Source: a virus
Taxonomy: Duplodnaviria; Caudoviricetes
Length of the DNA: 26,940 bases
IMG/VR virus record: IMGVR_UViG_3300037422_000160
Coordinates: 1 to 26,940 of that record
Reading direction: 5' to 3' (one strand)
Of this stretch, positions 25,544-26,940 are shown piece by piece. The notes beneath the pieces were generated by a model that made no database searches, was not told the origin of the DNA, and worked only from the letters and a program-made list of their open reading frames with translations. Both the position numbers and the translations under genes were made by a program. Every line of letters begins with the position of its first letter. Positions within the stretch are counted from its first letter, which is position 1.

Positions 25544-25716
25544 ACGAATTCGCAGTCGTCGTCAGGATCCACTTCCAGCAGCCACAGGAGCCTCAACAGC
25601 CGCCAGCGCCGTGAATCGGGATCGCGCTCGCAAAACACGCCACCCGTGCCCTTCGGAGTGCGGACTTCTACGCCGTGTCCACGCATGTAGATCGTGGTCT
25701 TTGTGATTGTGATCAT
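25540..25716 (-). CDS. 58-aa hypothetical protein
   Basis: Not in ORF track. MITITKTTIYMRGHGVEVRTPKGTGGVFCERDPDSRRWRLLRLLWLLEVDPDDDCEFV; leaderless start; GTGA overlap with the exonuclease. Confidence 0.65.
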   Translation of the reverse strand: MITITKTTIYMRGHGVEVRTPKGTGGVFCERDPDSRRWRLLRLLWLLEVDPDDDCEFV

Positions 25717-25751
25717 GATGTCATTATACCATGATCTCAGGGAATAGTGAA
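25714..25751 (-). promoter_or_regulatory. Leaderless sigma70-type promoter
   Basis: TTCACT-17 bp-TATAAT (25728-25723, extended TGn)-GACATC-ATG (25716). Confidence 0.75.
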
Positions 25752-26756
25752 CATAGCTGCACGGATGGCTTCTTGCAGCTCGGGCCTGTCGACGATCGCC
25801 TCGCGAAGCTTCTTTATGCCGTGCAGCCTCGTGCCATCGTCGAGCTCGTACCTGCCAGGACTCGTCTCGTTGACGACCTTGAAGTACTCGGCAGCCTTCG
25901 CTAGCTCGTACATCAAGTCGAGCGACTTGGTGCTGTACTCGTAGCGCATCCTCGCAGTGAGATTGGGCCTCGAGACGCGACTCTTCTCGACGCGCGCGAT
26001 GATCTCGTACCCGTCAGGTTCCATGTCGCCGCTCACGCCGGCAGTCGTGCCGCCCTTATTGCTCGGCGAGAGGAAACCGTTGCCATCGTAGAACAGCCAC
26101 GGTCCGCGCTTGAAGTGGATCGTGCAGCTCGACTGGTGCTCGATGAAGCGACCGCCGGGGGCGCCCTCGCCCCCTCTGAAGTTGTCGCGAGCGTGGTTGA
26201 TCATGATGATCGCGTTCTCGGTCGGATCCATGCGATCGTTAGCTCGCCTCAGCACCTTGCCCCACGCCCGAGCAGCGAGGCCTATCTGCCAGTCCTCAAG
26301 CCTCGCTCCGAGCTCATCGACTGACACAGCTCCAGCGAGCGAGTCGATCACGTGGACGTGCACAGAGCTCAGCAGCGCCTCGAGGACTGTGCCCACTTCC
26401 TCGATCGCGGTAGCCTCGACGACCACGAGCTTGGAAGCGTCAACACCGAGAGCTTCAACGAACGTCTTGTCGTACTGCTTCTCGACGTTGTAGTACGCGG
26501 CCACGAGCCCAAGCTTCTGTGCTTCTCGTATCGTGTGCCAGCCCGTCAAAGATTTGCCAGCAGAGTATGAGCCCCAGAAGTGCGAGCACCTGCCAAGAGG
26601 CACGCCTCCGCCCGTAGCGTAGTCGAGCTCGTACGAGCCGGTGCTCACGCGAGTGAGGGGCTTCACGTCGTCGCCAGCGTGAATCTCGACTCCGCCCTTG
26701 TAGATTCGAGCTAGACCAGCGATAGCCGCTGCGTACTCTGCCGGTTCGACCGGCAT
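25737..26756 (-). CDS. recA: RecA/UvsX-family recombinase
   Basis: STGSYELDYATGGGVPLGR, Walker A GSYSAGKS, VIDSLA, INHAR, PGGRFIEH, KSRV. ATG 26756 in a TGATG overlap. Confidence 0.92.
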   Translation of the reverse strand: MPVEPAEYAAAIAGLARIYKGGVEIHAGDDVKPLTRVSTGSYELDYATGGGVPLGRCSHFWGSYSAGKSLTGWHTIREAQKLGLVAAYYNVEKQYDKTFVEALGVDASKLVVVEATAIEEVGTVLEALLSSVHVHVIDSLAGAVSVDELGARLEDWQIGLAARAWGKVLRRANDRMDPTENAIIMINHARDNFRGGEGAPGGRFIEHQSSCTIHFKRGPWLFYDGNGFLSPSNKGGTTAGVSGDMEPDGYEIIARVEKSRVSRPNLTARMRYEYSTKSLDLMYELAKAAEYFKVVNETSPGRYELDDGTRLHGIKKLREAIVDRPELQEAIRAAMFTIP

Positions 26757-26938
26757 CAGAGTGCCTCGACGAGCTGTTGTAGCGTGCACACGCTGTGACC
26801 GATCACAGTCGAACCGTCACGATCGACCTCGCCGTTCACTAGCAGCGTCTCGCCCTCCTCGAGGAAGCCTCTGTTCGCGTAGAACGATGACGGGAAGAAC
26901 ATCACGCGGTACACGTCAGCGCCGAACGCCAGCTCGAT
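26756..26938 (-). CDS. dnaE: C-terminus of probable DNA polymerase III alpha subunit (OB fold), partial
   Basis: Not in ORF track. IELAFGADVYRVMFFPSSFYANRGFLEEGETLLVNGEVDRDG resembles the DnaE OB-fold; directly upstream of recA. Confidence 0.55.
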   Translation of the reverse strand: MELAFGADVYRVMFFPSSFYANRGFLEEGETLLVNGEVDRDGSTVIGHSVCTLQQLVEAL

Positions 26939-26940
26939 GC

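Noticed and set aside
1-26940. tRNA, rRNA, integrase, transposase, intron or intein
   Set aside because: None recognised by eye, and intergenic gaps are short; tRNAscan-SE and Infernal would be needed to exclude small RNAs.

Overview
High-GC segment of a large tailed-phage genome; leaderless TATAAT promoters suggest, but do not prove, an actinobacterial-type host. Most genes are on the minus strand, tightly coupled by ATGA/GTGA overlaps. From right to left: DnaE C-terminus, RecA, 5'-3' exonuclease, Hjc-like nuclease, three GT2-type glycosyltransferases, Cas4-like exonuclease, RuvC, small and large terminase, a portal-MuF fusion, a papain-like peptidase with permuted catalytic segments, a SAM methyltransferase, a 1717-aa polyvalent protein (HExxH zincin plus R-S-E ADP-ribosyltransferase), a GT2-TPR-GT4 fusion and a probable lysis cassette. 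Two plus-strand islands of small genes (about 3.4-5.5 kb and 17.65-19.1 kb) are driven by a repeated TATAAT promoter motif, mostly leaderless, and share a Cys microdomain. All product calls come from motifs read by eye; no database searches were run.
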